In this document: one piece after another, positions 9,416 through 17,850 of the stretch
Layout: every line of letters starts with the position of its first letter
Position numbering within the stretch: position 1 is the first letter of the stretch
Assembly: GCA_031254575.1 (NCBI GenBank)
Contig: JAIRUE010000112.1
Location: 3,811-67,810 of the forward strand
Direction of reading: 5' to 3'
DNA length: 64,000 nucleotides
Source of the DNA: Oscillospiraceae bacterium
Lineage (GTDB): Bacteria; Bacillota; Clostridia; Oscillospirales; UBA929
The notes under the pieces: model-generated
Databases searched by the model: none
Seen by the model: the letters and a program-made list of their open reading frames with translations, nothing else
What the model was told of the DNA's origin: nothing
Made by a program: the position numbers and the translations under genes

Positions 9416-11781
9416 CGGCCTGGCGCCGGCATAACGACAACACCGCCGCCGCCATCAATGACTACGCCGCCCCCGCCAACCACGCCGCCCCCGCCGCTGG
9501 GCATGGGCCTGCTGATGACGGGCCCGTCGCCGCCGGACTTGTCATCCCCGGCGGGTTCATCCCCTCCGTCGGGAGAGGGCTCGTCCCCGCTGTCCCCGCC
9601 GTCGTCAGCAGGGTCTTCGCCGCCGTCAGAAAACCCATCGTCAGGGAAGCCGCCGTCCACAAAACCGTCGTCCGCGGGCCATTCGCCGCCCGGCAGCACC
9701 GGCTTGCCAAAGTCGCCGCCGGGAGCGCCGGGGTCAAACGGGTCGAGCGGGATCCAGTTGCCCCATTCGTCGTAGTACCCGTCGCCAAGGGGTTCCTCCT
9801 CGTCGGGCGAAGGCGATACCTTATCCCTGTCCTCCCAGCCCCTGTTATAGCCGTCGTCAAAAGCGTCCCTGGCCTCCCCCTCGTAATCGACCTCAAAATC
9901 ATAGGTGGGGGCGGGCGAAGGCAGGATGTCGGTCTTCTGGGTGAAAACCTCCCAGTTGTCCCATTCGGGCAGCAGTCCCTCTGTGACCTCGATATACCGG
10001 GCGCTCTGGATGCCGCATTTGACCATGACGGCGTAAAATCCGGGCGGCACGATCCCCTCGGGCAGCTCGACGGCGCTTTCGGGCGCTTTGCCGTCCCTCG
10101 TTTTGAGGAACACATAGTCGTCCCTTCCGTAGTTTTTAATGGCCTGGATGGGCACGACGATCGGGTTTTCGGAGATGTCAAGGGTGATGCTGAAGTTGGC
10201 GCCGGTCCCCTCCATCAATTGCCCCTTGCTGTTATCGACCGCGATAATAACGGGGAAGTACGCCCCGCCGCCGGTCTGGTTGGCCGTCCGGTCGATGCTG
10301 GTGAGAGTCCCGGGGATGGTGGTCATCTCGCCGTTGACGTAGGCGTCCACATCGACGGACATGCCCACACTGACCTTTTGAATGTCGCTCTGGTAGATCT
10401 CGCCCCGCAGCGTCAGGGTATCCATCAGCGCGACGACGATCTGTACGGGGTTGTTCGGGGAAATCGTCATCCCCGGCCAAAGGTCCACATAGCTCATGAC
10501 GGCGCCGGAAATGGGGGCGCGGAAGGTCAGGTCGTCCATTTTCTGGTATTCTTGATCGATCGAATCCAGCAGCGACTGGATCTGTTCGTTCTTACCCTCG
10601 ATACTGGCCTCATATCCGGCGATGGTTTCCTCGAGGATGCGGATCTGCCCCGTGTAACCCTCTTCGATGCTGGTGTCCGGGATGAAGTCCAGCTCCAGCA
10701 GCAGGTCGCCTTTATTGTATGTATAACGGTCGCGCAGGTTGATATAATTGAGCCGCCCATACGATTTCATACTCAGTTCTATCTCGTTGATGCACTTCAG
10801 AAGGCCGGACTCCGCCGGGAGGATAGGCTCGCCGCCCGCCGAGCGCATCGACGCGGTGGCCAGCATGCCCGCCTTGAGCGCGCCGGGATTGTCCATCGTG
10901 ATCTCGACTTCAAAGGACACCGAGCCGTCCTCGCCGATATTGCGTATCTTTTCAACGGCCGTCACCTTGCCGTCCACCGTCGCCATAGCGCCGGGGATCG
11001 ACACGTCGCAGGGCTGGCCGATATAGATGTCGTTCTCGTACCCGTAGGAAAAATAAAGGGTCAGCGTCATCTGCGAATCATCGACCAGAAAGCCGAGATA
11101 GCTGTTTTCGGTGATCAGGCTGCCCAGCGTCAGCGGCAGAGCGTCCTTGGCGCGCTCGACGCGCCCCGAAAAAGGCGCGTAAAGCCGCGCCGCCGCCTGC
11201 ATGGCGATCTGCTCGGCGTTGGCTTTTTGCAGATCCTCATAGACTTTGCCGATCTGTTCCCGCGTCTCCGCGATCCTTGTTTCAAAGCCCGCGATGTCCG
11301 TCCCGGCGGCGGCGATCTGTTTATTCAGGTCGGCCACGGCCTTGTCGATGGCGGAGGAGTCAAGGACGACCAGAATATCGCCCTCCTGCACCGGCATCCC
11401 GTACATAACGTTGCTTTGCAGCACCGCGCCCTCCCCCATGACCGTGACCGTCTCGCTGTTCTCGGGCTGGAGGTAGCCGTAGCCGCTGATCGTGTTCTTG
11501 ATCTCGGCGGGTTTGTTGTCGGTCCCGTCCCAGAGCTCGATCCGGCCGGTGAGGTAATACTCCGGCGCCGGGGCAAAGAAGACATAGTAGGTGAGCAGCG
11601 CCAGTCCGCCCGCCGTCGCCAGGCCGATGGCGATAAACAGTATCCTCTTCAGGATGCGTTTCCGCCGTCCGGGGCGGTTTCGCCTGACAGGCGGCGGAGT
11701 GGCGGACTGCCTCTCCATCTCCCGGGGAACTTCCGCCGTCTTCGGCGCTTCCGCGACCGCGGTATAGGTCTTATCGTCCAT
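9412..11781 (-). CDS. HlyD/MacA-family periplasmic-adaptor-like protein, double length with acidic Gly/Asp/Pro C-terminal tail
   Basis: The track ORF is 9412..11826. I prefer ATG 11781, which has AAGGAG 6 nt upstream; a TATAAT box sits only 5 nt from the 11826 ATG. It has one TM segment (ILFIAIGLATAGGLALLTYYVFF). The lipoyl plus coiled-coil hairpin signature occurs twice (GDILVVLDSS...APFSGRV and GDLLLELDF...APISGAV). Confidence 0.8.
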   Translation of the reverse strand: MDDKTYTAVAEAPKTAEVPREMERQSATPPPVRRNRPGRRKRILKRILFIAIGLATAGGLALLTYYVFFAPAPEYYLTGRIELWDGTDNKPAEIKNTISGYGYLQPENSETVTVMGEGAVLQSNVMYGMPVQEGDILVVLDSSAIDKAVADLNKQIAAAGTDIAGFETRIAETREQIGKVYEDLQKANAEQIAMQAAARLYAPFSGRVERAKDALPLTLGSLITENSYLGFLVDDSQMTLTLYFSYGYENDIYIGQPCDVSIPGAMATVDGKVTAVEKIRNIGEDGSVSFEVEITMDNPGALKAGMLATASMRSAGGEPILPAESGLLKCINEIELSMKSYGRLNYINLRDRYTYNKGDLLLELDFIPDTSIEEGYTGQIRILEETIAGYEASIEGKNEQIQSLLDSIDQEYQKMDDLTFRAPISGAVMSYVDLWPGMTISPNNPVQIVVALMDTLTLRGEIYQSDIQKVSVGMSVDVDAYVNGEMTTIPGTLTSIDRTANQTGGGAYFPVIIAVDNSKGQLMEGTGANFSITLDISENPIVVPIQAIKNYGRDDYVFLKTRDGKAPESAVELPEGIVPPGFYAVMVKCGIQSARYIEVTEGLLPEWDNWEVFTQKTDILPSPAPTYDFEVDYEGEARDAFDDGYNRGWEDRDKVSPSPDEEEPLGDGYYDEWGNWIPLDPFDPGAPGGDFGKPVLPGGEWPADDGFVDGGFPDDGFSDGGEDPADDGGDSGDEPSPDGGDEPAGDDKSGGDGPVISRPMPSGGGGVVGGGGVVIDGGGGVVVMPAPGR

Positions 11782-11831
11782 GCGCGTCTCCTTTTCTTTG
11801 GGAAAATTGGCATTGTTGTCCTGCATAACCC

Positions 11832-11860
11832 ATTATACGCCTTTTGGGTGGACAAGACAA
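11832..11860 (-). promoter_or_regulatory. Sigma-A-type promoter of the adaptor-ATPase-permease-SLH operon
   Basis: On the minus strand: TTGTCT, a 17-nt spacer, then TATAAT. A ~45-nt leader follows to the AAGGAG RBS. Confidence 0.6.
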
Positions 11861-11961
11861 TAACAAACTAGAAACAAACTATTAACATTTCCTTAACAAA
11901 CCGGGGGCGGCGCACAAAAAACCCCCTATTTTTCCTTAGACGGAGAAACCGGGGTTTTGTT

Positions 11962-12006
11962 CCATAAAATATAAATAAACTCTTGTGGTACCTGGCGGTA
12001 CAAGAG
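11962..12006 (-). terminator. Rho-independent terminator downstream of polC
   Basis: On the minus strand, the hairpin CTCTTGTACC-GCCA-GGTACCACAAGAG (11980-12006) is followed by TTTATTTATATTTTA. Confidence 0.6.
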
Positions 12007-12093
12007 AATTCGCGTCGCTCCCGGGTCCGCGGGCATATACGGAAGAGGCCTCCGTGTCCGCCCGCCGGACATGACACAAGGCGACATAATCGC

Positions 12094-15000
12094 CTATCCG
12101 AACAGTGTCGTCTGCGCGGTTTCCGGCAGCCCGCCGAACGCCCCGGCGGCGCGCAGGGTCTCGATATGCGCCTTGGTTACCGCGCCGCAGCGCGACGCCA
12201 GATTATCCTCTGCGAGAAACGGGCCTTTTGCCCGCTGTCTGGCGATATTTTTCACCGCCTCCCTGCCCAGCCCCGCCAAAGCCATCAGCGGTACGGCAAC
12301 GAGCCCCGGCCCCGCCGGCGTAAAGCGCATGCCCGGCGAGGTGTGGACGTCCGGCGGCTTGAAGGTGATGCCGCGCCGCAGCATTTCATACGCGGCTTCC
12401 AGAACGACCGCCTTGTCCTGCTCCGTCTTTGAGGCGTCCTTGTCCTGTTCCGTCCGCCTGACGGCGGACTTAATGGCGTCTGCGCCCCCGCGGCATACGT
12501 CGTAGCTGAAATCGTCAATTTTCAGCGTGAAATAGACGGCGTAGAACGCCTCGGGCCTGTGCGCCTTGTACCACGCGATGCGGGCGCTCATCATCGCGTA
12601 GGCGGCGGCGTGCGCTTTGGGGAACAGATACTTGATCGCCCTGCACGAGCCGATATACCAGTCCGGCACGCCGGCGGAGCGCATGGCGGCCTCCCATTCG
12701 GCCTGTAAACCCTTGCCCCTGCGGACGCTCTCGCTGATAGAAAGGCTCTGCTTGGCGGAAATTCCCCTGGAAATGAGGTACAGAGTAATGTCGTCACGGG
12801 CGCAGATGACCTCGCGCAGCGTGGCCTTTCCGTCATCGATCAGCTTTTCGGCGTTGCCGCGCCAGACGTCGGTGCCGTGCGACAGCCCGGCGATCCGCAC
12901 CAGCTCGTCAAAGGTGGAGGGCTTTGTCTTTTGCAGCATCCCCCGCACAAAACGGGTGCCGTATTCGGGGATGCCGACGGTGCCCACGGGACCGATCAGG
13001 TCGTCGTTTTCAAAGCCCAGCGCCGAGGTGGAGGAAAAGAGGCTCATAGTGACGGGGTCGTCCAGCGGGTGGCTCAGGGAGTCCTCTTTGGTCAGTTCTT
13101 CCATGCGGCGGATGAAGGTCGGGCAGTCGTGGCCGAGGATGTCGAGCTTGAGCAGGTTTTCCTCGATGGCGTGGTAGTCGAAATGGGTGCAGACCGTGCC
13201 GCCGCGCTTATTGGCGGCAAAGTGGACGGGGCAGAAATCATAGATCTCAAGATCCTGAGGGACGATGATCATGCCGCCGGGGTGCTGCCCGGTGGTCGTT
13301 TTGACGCCCTCGCAGCCTTTCGCCAGACGCCTCAATTCCGCGTCGGATACGTCCAGCCCGGCCGCCTCAAGGTATTTAAGCGTATACCCCAGCGCGTTCT
13401 TCCCGCCGATGGTGGTAATCGTGCCGGCCCGGAAAACCTTGTCCGCGCCGAACAGCTTGGTGAGGTGCGCCCCGGCGTGTTCGTGGTAGTCGCTGGAGAA
13501 ATTGAGGTCGATGTCGGGTTTTTTGTCGGCGTCGAAGCCCAGAAAGGTCGCGAACGGAATGTCAAAACCGTCTTTTTCAAGGTTCGCCCCGCAGACGGGG
13601 CAATTTTTGTCCGGCAGGTCGATGCCGCAGCCTGCGTACGCCGCGTGCCCGTCCGCGCCGGATTGCGGCGGGGACGAATCATCTTCCCGGACGGTTCCCG
13701 GAAACTCGCTGTATCGGCATTCCGGGCAGCGGTAGTGCGGCGGCAGGGCGTTGACCTCGGTAATGCCCGCGAAATACGCCGCGACGCTGGAGCCGACCGA
13801 GCCGCGCGAACCGACAAGGTATCCTTTTTTCATACTGCGCCGCACCAGCTTTTGAGAGATGGTGTAGATGATGTCGTATCCCTTGCCGATGATGGAACTC
13901 AATTCCTTCTCCAGCCGTTCCCCGATCAGCGGCGGCAGCTCGTCGCCGTACAGGGCGCGGGCGCGCTCGTACGCAAGCCCGCGCAGTTCCTCCGCGCTTC
14001 CCTTGAGGACGGGGAAATACTCTCCCCCGCGCACGGGGGATATGTCCCCGACCGAATCCGCGACGGCCCGGGGCGCGGTTACGACCACTTCATAGGCGGT
14101 CTCCGCGCCCAGATAGGAAAATTCCTCAAGCATTTCGTCCGTCGTTTTGAAATACAGCGGCAGAGGGTAGGGATCAAGCATGTTTTTATTCGCGAGCAGG
14201 ATGTTCCGGTGAATCTCGTCCTCCGGGTCGAGAAAATGCACGTCGCCGGTGGCGCAGACGGGCTTATTCAGTTCCCTGCCCAGCCGTACGACGGAGCGGT
14301 TCCACTCGCGGAGATGTTCGTCGTCCCTGGCGTGCCCGTTGCGGACCAAAAACCGGTTATTGCAGAGGGGCTGTATTTCCAGAAAATCATAAAAAGACGC
14401 GGTTTGTAAAGCGTCCTCCCACGGCAGTCCTTCCCGGACGGCGGAAAACACCTCGCCGCGCTCGCAGGCCGCGCCGATAACGATCCCCTCGCGCCACTGT
14501 TCCAGCAGTTCCCGCGTGAGGCAGGGGCGGCGCTTAAAATGCTCCAGATGGGCAAGGGATACGAGCCGGTAAAGGTTGCGCAGCCCGTCCTGGGTGCGGG
14601 CAATGAGGATGATATGATACATCCTGTCCAATTGGGTTTTTGCCCGCTCGCCGCCGTCCTCCGGCCCGGACGGAACTTTGGGCGCGCCGCCGCCCGGCAC
14701 GGTAAGGTAACCCTCGCAGCCGTACAGCACTTTGACGCCGTACTTCTTCCCCGCGGCCATCGCCTCCGGGAAGGCGTGGCAGACGCCGTGGTCGGTCACG
14801 GCGACGGCGGGATGCCTCCACCTCGCCGCCAGGGCAATCGCTTCCGCGACGGGCGTAACGGCGTCTTTCTCGCTCATCTGCGTATGTAAATGCAATTCCA
14901 CGCGCTTTTCCGGCGCCGTGTCCTCCCGCGGGGGCGCTTCCGCGCTTTCAACACAGGCCGCCGCGAGGGCCCATTCCTCTTTTTCCATCACCGTATAGGA

Positions 15001-15594
15001 CTCCATCTCCCCGAAAACCGTGACATGCCCCCTGCCCTCACAAATCTCCCCGATACGCTTCTCCAGCCCCGGCGGGACTTTGCCCTTTTCAAAAACGCAC
15101 CGCACACAGACCGAGCCGGTGCCGTCGGTGATATAAAATTCGGTCATTACGGCGTCGCGCCAGCGGTTTTGCAGGCGCATCCGGCGTTCCCGCGTCTCCC
15201 CGACGGCGAAGACGCGCCCGCGCGCGCAGGCTTTGGCCTTTTCTCTGGGCAGCGTGTCGATGGACATGACCTCCATGCGGGGCGGTTTTCCGAACAGAAC
15301 CCGCGGGCCGCGGCGCCCGTCCGGTTCGGATCGCCGTGGCGCCGCGGCTTTCCGCCCGCGCTCCGCAACCGCGTCCGGCCGCGCGCCGGTGAACAGAACC
15401 CTCACATCCGCCAGTCCCATCGCCTCGCGGATGCGCCGCCCGGCGTCCTCCGCCCAGCCCGGTACGGGCTCGGTCCCGGCCAGTTCCACGGTCAGGCGGT
15501 TCTCCTCCCGCTTGACGCGCAGGGCTTTAACCGCCGGGTCGGAAGAACCGGCGGGCAGGCAGGACGGAAAGACCTCTGAAAAGGGTTTCACCAA
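12094..15594 (-). CDS. polC: PolC-type DNA polymerase III alpha subunit, apparently lacking the exonuclease insertion
   Basis: 1166 aa in the canonical Firmicute position after ispG/rseP. It has PHP motifs (VELHLHTQMS, AVTDHG), the PolC Zn-finger region (HYRCPECRYSEF...CPVCGANLEKDGFDIPFATFLGF), GSRGSVGSS and KAHAAAYAMM, and ends in TTLFG as B. subtilis PolC does. The start is TTG 15594 or GTG 15591, after GGGGGAG. Confidence 0.9.
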   Translation of the reverse strand: MVKPFSEVFPSCLPAGSSDPAVKALRVKREENRLTVELAGTEPVPGWAEDAGRRIREAMGLADVRVLFTGARPDAVAERGRKAAAPRRSEPDGRRGPRVLFGKPPRMEVMSIDTLPREKAKACARGRVFAVGETRERRMRLQNRWRDAVMTEFYITDGTGSVCVRCVFEKGKVPPGLEKRIGEICEGRGHVTVFGEMESYTVMEKEEWALAAACVESAEAPPREDTAPEKRVELHLHTQMSEKDAVTPVAEAIALAARWRHPAVAVTDHGVCHAFPEAMAAGKKYGVKVLYGCEGYLTVPGGGAPKVPSGPEDGGERAKTQLDRMYHIILIARTQDGLRNLYRLVSLAHLEHFKRRPCLTRELLEQWREGIVIGAACERGEVFSAVREGLPWEDALQTASFYDFLEIQPLCNNRFLVRNGHARDDEHLREWNRSVVRLGRELNKPVCATGDVHFLDPEDEIHRNILLANKNMLDPYPLPLYFKTTDEMLEEFSYLGAETAYEVVVTAPRAVADSVGDISPVRGGEYFPVLKGSAEELRGLAYERARALYGDELPPLIGERLEKELSSIIGKGYDIIYTISQKLVRRSMKKGYLVGSRGSVGSSVAAYFAGITEVNALPPHYRCPECRYSEFPGTVREDDSSPPQSGADGHAAYAGCGIDLPDKNCPVCGANLEKDGFDIPFATFLGFDADKKPDIDLNFSSDYHEHAGAHLTKLFGADKVFRAGTITTIGGKNALGYTLKYLEAAGLDVSDAELRRLAKGCEGVKTTTGQHPGGMIIVPQDLEIYDFCPVHFAANKRGGTVCTHFDYHAIEENLLKLDILGHDCPTFIRRMEELTKEDSLSHPLDDPVTMSLFSSTSALGFENDDLIGPVGTVGIPEYGTRFVRGMLQKTKPSTFDELVRIAGLSHGTDVWRGNAEKLIDDGKATLREVICARDDITLYLISRGISAKQSLSISESVRRGKGLQAEWEAAMRSAGVPDWYIGSCRAIKYLFPKAHAAAYAMMSARIAWYKAHRPEAFYAVYFTLKIDDFSYDVCRGGADAIKSAVRRTEQDKDASKTEQDKAVVLEAAYEMLRRGITFKPPDVHTSPGMRFTPAGPGLVAVPLMALAGLGREAVKNIARQRAKGPFLAEDNLASRCGAVTKAHIETLRAAGAFGGLPETAQTTLFG

Positions 15595-15622
15595 AAGTAA
15601 CTCCCCCGAAAAAATTGTAAAC

Positions 15623-16744
15623 TTAATCCCGCGGTTGTGGTAATTCCCCGGCCATCCCGCGCGCCTCCGTTACCAGCGCCTCCAGAATCTCGTCCTCACG
15701 GATGATCCTCACGGCCTCGCCCTTGCGGAACAGAAGAGCATCTCCCTCGTGAGCGGGCGAATGGCCCTCGTCCCGCAATCCGCTAAGCCGGGCATTGGGT
15801 CTCGCGCCCCGCCAGCCCGCCACGCCTATGTCCGCGTCCCGCGCCTCGCCCGGGCCGTTGACCGCGCAGCCCATCACGGCGACTTTGAGCGGCGCGCGAA
15901 TGCCGGAAAGCCGCTCCTCCGCCGCGCGGGCCAGCGCCGCCACATCGATGCCGCGCCGGGCGCAGGTGGGGCAGGAAATGATTTCAACGCCGCCCGTCCG
16001 CAGCCCGACGGCTTTCAGCAGCGCGATCCCGGCGCGCGCCTCTTCGACCGGCGGCGCGGTCAGCGAAACGCGGATCGTATCGCCGATCCCGTCAAGCAGC
16101 AGCGCGCCGATCCCGGCGGCGGACTTGATCAGCCCGTGATAGCCTGTCCCCGCTTCGGTCACGCCAAGGTGCAAGGGCAAATCGGTGCGCTCCGCCGCCA
16201 TGCGGTTGACGGCGACGGTATCGGCGACGCCGGACGCTTTGAAAGAGAGGCATATCCCGGTAAATCCCATGTCCTCCAGGATGGCCGCCTGTTCCAGCCC
16301 CGACCGCAGCATCGCCTCGCGCAGGCCGTGTTTTTCAATCAGCGCCCGCTTGACCGAGCCGCCGTTGACGCCGATGCGTATCGGTATCTTTCGCTCGCCG
16401 CAGGCGCGCGCGACCTCGCGCACCCGTTCCTTTGAGCCGATATTGCCGGGGTTGACGCGCACCTTGGCCGCGCCGTTCTCGGCGGCGCGGACAGCGAGTT
16501 TATAGTCAAAATGGATGTCAGCCACGACGGGGAGGGGACTGCCCCTTACAATATCCCGCAGCGCCTCCGCCGCGTCCGCGTCCGGCACCGCGACCCGTAC
16601 GAGGTCGCACCCGGCGGCGTGCAGGTCCCGTATCTGCGACAGTGTCGCCTCCGCGTCGCGCGTGTCGGTATCGCACATCGACTGCACCGTTACCGGCGCG
16701 CCCCCGCCGATCAGAACGCCGCCGGCGCTGATTTGGCGCGTCAC
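15623..16744 (-). CDS. ispG: 4-hydroxy-3-methylbut-2-enyl diphosphate synthase (IspG/GcpE)
   Basis: The track ORF (to 17155) runs through rseP. The real start is the GTG overlapping the rseP stop (GTGA). The product reads MTRQISAGGVLIGGGAPVTVQSMCDTDT...VADIHFDYKLA...RVNPGNIG...IISCPTCARR. Confidence 0.9.
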   Translation of the reverse strand: MTRQISAGGVLIGGGAPVTVQSMCDTDTRDAEATLSQIRDLHAAGCDLVRVAVPDADAAEALRDIVRGSPLPVVADIHFDYKLAVRAAENGAAKVRVNPGNIGSKERVREVARACGERKIPIRIGVNGGSVKRALIEKHGLREAMLRSGLEQAAILEDMGFTGICLSFKASGVADTVAVNRMAAERTDLPLHLGVTEAGTGYHGLIKSAAGIGALLLDGIGDTIRVSLTAPPVEEARAGIALLKAVGLRTGGVEIISCPTCARRGIDVAALARAAEERLSGIRAPLKVAVMGCAVNGPGEARDADIGVAGWRGARPNARLSGLRDEGHSPAHEGDALLFRKGEAVRIIREDEILEALVTEARGMAGELPQPRD

Positions 16745-17850
16745 AGCCCCACCAGCCGCCGTATGTCGTTGAAAAAAATGAATATCATCAGCCCGAACAG
16801 CAGCAGCATCGTAACGCCGTGGATATAGCCTTCCACTTTCGCGCTGAGGGGCTTTTTGCGCACCAGCACCAAAAAGGCCGAAATGAACAGGAAGAAAATC
16901 CGCCCGCCGTCCAGCGCCGGGATCGGCAGCAGGTTGACCACCGCGAGGTTGACGGCCACCAGCCCGGCCAATTGCAGCAGCTGGCGCATCTGGTCGGACA
17001 GGGCGGTTTCTTCCTCGCTGATGATCTCGTTGACGGCGCCGCCGAGGCCCACAAAGCCCACCAGGTCGCCCGCTCCGGCCGCGCCGGAGATGAGGTCGCC
17101 CAGGCTGATCCAAACCAGCCGCACAAAATCCACGGTGGACGCGCCGGCGTGCCACAGCGTTTTGGAAGCGGTCAGTTCCTCGGCGGCGCCGACGGTGAAG
17201 CCGAATTTCTGCCCGCCGTCCAGCTGCCGGGTCACATCGGAGACGGTGACCCTTTCGCCGCCGCGCTCCATCACGAACGTATAGGGCGTATCGGCGTCAC
17301 GCCCGAGAAAGAGATAGAAGTCGCTGAGGTTGTAAATACGGTGGCCGTTAATGGAATAAAAGCGGTCTCCCGTCTGTATTTGGCCGGCATAGGGGAAATC
17401 CGGCTCCAGGGAGGTGATGTCGGGCATGGCGACGTAATTGACGGAGCTAAAGAGGATGAGAAAGAAGAGAAAGCCCAGCAAAAAATTCATCGCGGCCCCG
17501 CTGACCAGCATGAAAACCTTCTGCCAGATTCCCTTGTTGCGGAAATGCGCAGGGTCGTCGGAGGCCTCGTCCTCGCCCAAATCGCAGAAGCCGCCGACGG
17601 GAAAGGCGCGAAGGGAAAATTTTGTTCCCATCGGCTCCCCGTTTTCGTCTTTTTTCTGCCGCCTGTAGAGGACGGGCCCCATGCCGATGGCAAACTCGCG
17701 CACCCGCATGCCGCAGAGCCGGGCCGCGAGAAAATGCCCCAGCTCGTGCGCCGTGATCAGCACGCCGAGGATGAGGATCAGGATGAGCGCGGAGATAACC
17801 GGCAAAATATCACCACCTATATAAATTGACTGTCTGTAAAACATCTTCAA
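16741..17850 (-). CDS. rseP: RIP site-2 metalloprotease RseP/RasP (M50)
   Basis: HELGHFLAARLCGMRVREFAIGMGP is present, with a PDZ-like middle region and C-terminal NLLPIPALDGG. An alternative start, TTG 17805, lies directly after the dxr stop and follows AGGTGGTGA. Confidence 0.9.
   Translation of the reverse strand: MKMFYRQSIYIGGDILPVISALILILILGVLITAHELGHFLAARLCGMRVREFAIGMGPVLYRRQKKDENGEPMGTKFSLRAFPVGGFCDLGEDEASDDPAHFRNKGIWQKVFMLVSGAAMNFLLGFLFFLILFSSVNYVAMPDITSLEPDFPYAGQIQTGDRFYSINGHRIYNLSDFYLFLGRDADTPYTFVMERGGERVTVSDVTRQLDGGQKFGFTVGAAEELTASKTLWHAGASTVDFVRLVWISLGDLISGAAGAGDLVGFVGLGGAVNEIISEEETALSDQMRQLLQLAGLVAVNLAVVNLLPIPALDGGRIFFLFISAFLVLVRKKPLSAKVEGYIHGVTMLLLFGLMIFIFFNDIRRLVGL

Noticed and set aside
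9420-9820. Gly/Asp/Pro-rich repetitive DNA, with similar PS-rich tracts at 48900-48930, 49900-50000, 57240-57440 and 59830-59990, considered as possible non-coding tandem repeats
   Set aside because: All lie in frame within supported genes and encode disordered linkers or tails, so they are not independent repeat loci.
16745-17155. N-terminal extension of the ispG ORF (track start 17155). The same pattern applies to cdsA (to 20052), prs (to 54420), the SleC-like gene (to 3058) and rpsL (to 38233).
   Set aside because: The extensions overlap well-supported upstream genes or a tRNA and are Arg-rich. Internal starts with an RBS or 4-nt overlaps give family-typical N-termini.
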